This document shows positions 62,586 to 64,000 of a DNA stretch of 64,000 nt, in pieces. The DNA is from Candidatus Kapaibacterium sp. (lineage in GTDB: Bacteria > Bacteroidota > Ignavibacteria > Kapaibacteriales > UBA2268). The stretch is taken from positions 96,001 through 160,000 of the forward strand of contig OY762428.1 in the NCBI GenBank assembly GCA_963665665.1, given 5' to 3'. The notes below the pieces were generated by a model, which did not search any database, had not been told where the DNA came from, and saw only the letters and a list, made by a program, of their open reading frames with translations. Position 1 is the first letter of the stretch. Each line of letters opens with the position of its first letter. A program made the position numbers and the translations under genes.

Positions 62586-64000
62586 ATGTATGAATTGATT
62601 AAATTTGTTCCTGCTTTGCCATTAATTGGTTTCCTGATCATTGGGCTAACCGGAAAATACCTTAAAAATGAAGGACTGATTGGAACGATTGCCAGCGCCG
62701 CAGTTGGGGGCGCATTTTTGATTACTGCTTCCATATTCTTCACAATGCTCGGCAATATGCCTGAAAAGGCCGTGATAGTTCCTGTTTACGAGTGGATTGC
62801 TGCCGGTGATTTTTCTGTTAACATCTCCTACCAGGTAGACCAGCTCTCTATCCTATTTTCAATGTTTATTACTCTTGTAGGTTTTCTTATTCATGTATAT
62901 TCCATTGGTTATATGCACGGAGACAGAAGTTACTACAGGTTTTTTGCATACCTGAACCTATTCGTGTTCATGATGCTGAACCTGGTCCTTTCAAGCAACC
63001 TGTTGCTTACATTCCTTGGCTGGGAAGGCGTTGGGCTGTGTTCCTACCTTCTTATCGGCTTTTGGTATGATAAAAAATTCGATGGTGTAAGAATTACATG
63101 GAATGGTGATGCCGGAAACAAAGCATTTATCGTCAACAGAATCGGCGACTTTGGTTTCCTTATCGCTATGTTCCTGATATTTGTAACCTTTGGAACTTTG
63201 GAATATACTCAGGTTAATGAGCTTGCAATCAGCGGAGCGTCAATTTATGCCGGCGGCGGCTTAATAACAGCTATCACATTATTAATGTTCCTTGGCTGTA
63301 CCGGTAAATCGGCTCAATTGCCTCTTGCAGTCTGGCTACCGGACGCAATGGCAGGCCCGACTCCGGTTTCGGCGCTTATTCATGCCGCTACAATGGTAAC
63401 AGCAGGGGTTTATCTTGTTGCAAGGAACTCAGTGCTTTACGCTCTTGCACCTGATTCGATGGCTGTAGTGGCTGTTGTAGGTGTGGCCACGGCATTTCTT
63501 GCCGCAAGCGTCGGCCTTGTTCAAAATGATATTAAAAAGGTACTTGCATATTCAACTGTCAGCCAGCTGGGCTTTATGTTCATTGCCCTTGGCGTAGGAG
63601 CATTCACAGCAGGTATCTTCCATGTTATGACCCATGCTTTCTTCAAGGGACTGCTCTTCCTCGGAGCCGGTTCGGTTATCCACGGAATGCATGAAATACA
63701 GAACATCAAGAAGATGGGCGGCCTAAAAAAATATATGCCGATCACTTATGGTACTTTTCTTGTGGCCACACTCGCCATTGCAGGTGTTCCGCCATTTGCA
63801 GGATTTTTCTCGAAAGATGAAATATTGTGGAAAGCCTTCGATCAGGGAAATATCTTCTTATGGCTGTTCGGTACAATAGCCGCTTTATTTACTGCATTCT
63901 ATATGTATCGCCTGATAATGCTCGTATTCCGCGGCGAGGAACGTTTTGACCATCATCATGTTCATCCCCACGAATCACCTAAAACAATGACTGTACCGCT
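62586..64000 (+). CDS. nuoL: NADH-quinone oxidoreductase subunit L (partial, runs off window)
   Basis: [79 protein letters not shown]. Confidence 0.96.
   Translation, partial: [471 protein letters not shown]

Noticed and set aside
62570-63745. Minus-strand ORFs 62570-62755 and 63521-63745
   Set aside because: Antisense shadows of nuoL

Overview
AT-rich bacterial chromosome segment, inferred to come from the FCB group (Ignavibacteria/Kapabacteria-like). The basis is many T9SS-CTD secreted proteins, a PorX-type regulator and TAnnTTTG promoter motifs. Left to right: (i) a mosaic of palindromic REP-like repeats and a bipartite 21-bp-phased tandem array, which recurs at about 39.8-42 kb and 59.5-61.7 kb; (ii) a tyrosine integrase, about 17 kb of secreted/outer-membrane/lipoprotein genes, and an excisionase-HTH protein (probable integrative island); (iii) an IS3 element; (iv) a CRISPR array of about 105 repeats with a complete type I-B-like (PGING-like effector) cas operon on the minus strand; (v) an IS186-like IS4 element inserted in a repeat hairpin; (vi) core and surface genes (PD40 proteins, Rieske, porX, YhcH, rarA, split transketolase, archease, nuoL); (vii) an orphan RHS toxin-immunity cassette whose conserved core is interrupted by two tiny related hairpin insertions with no target duplication. 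Strongest leads: the RHS micro-insertions and related ~21-bp micro-elements, the 21-bp-phased inverted arrays, and CRISPR spacer pairs recording repeated targeting of the same loci, one encoding an intein/Hint-like peptide. All product calls come from motif recognition by eye; no database searches were run.
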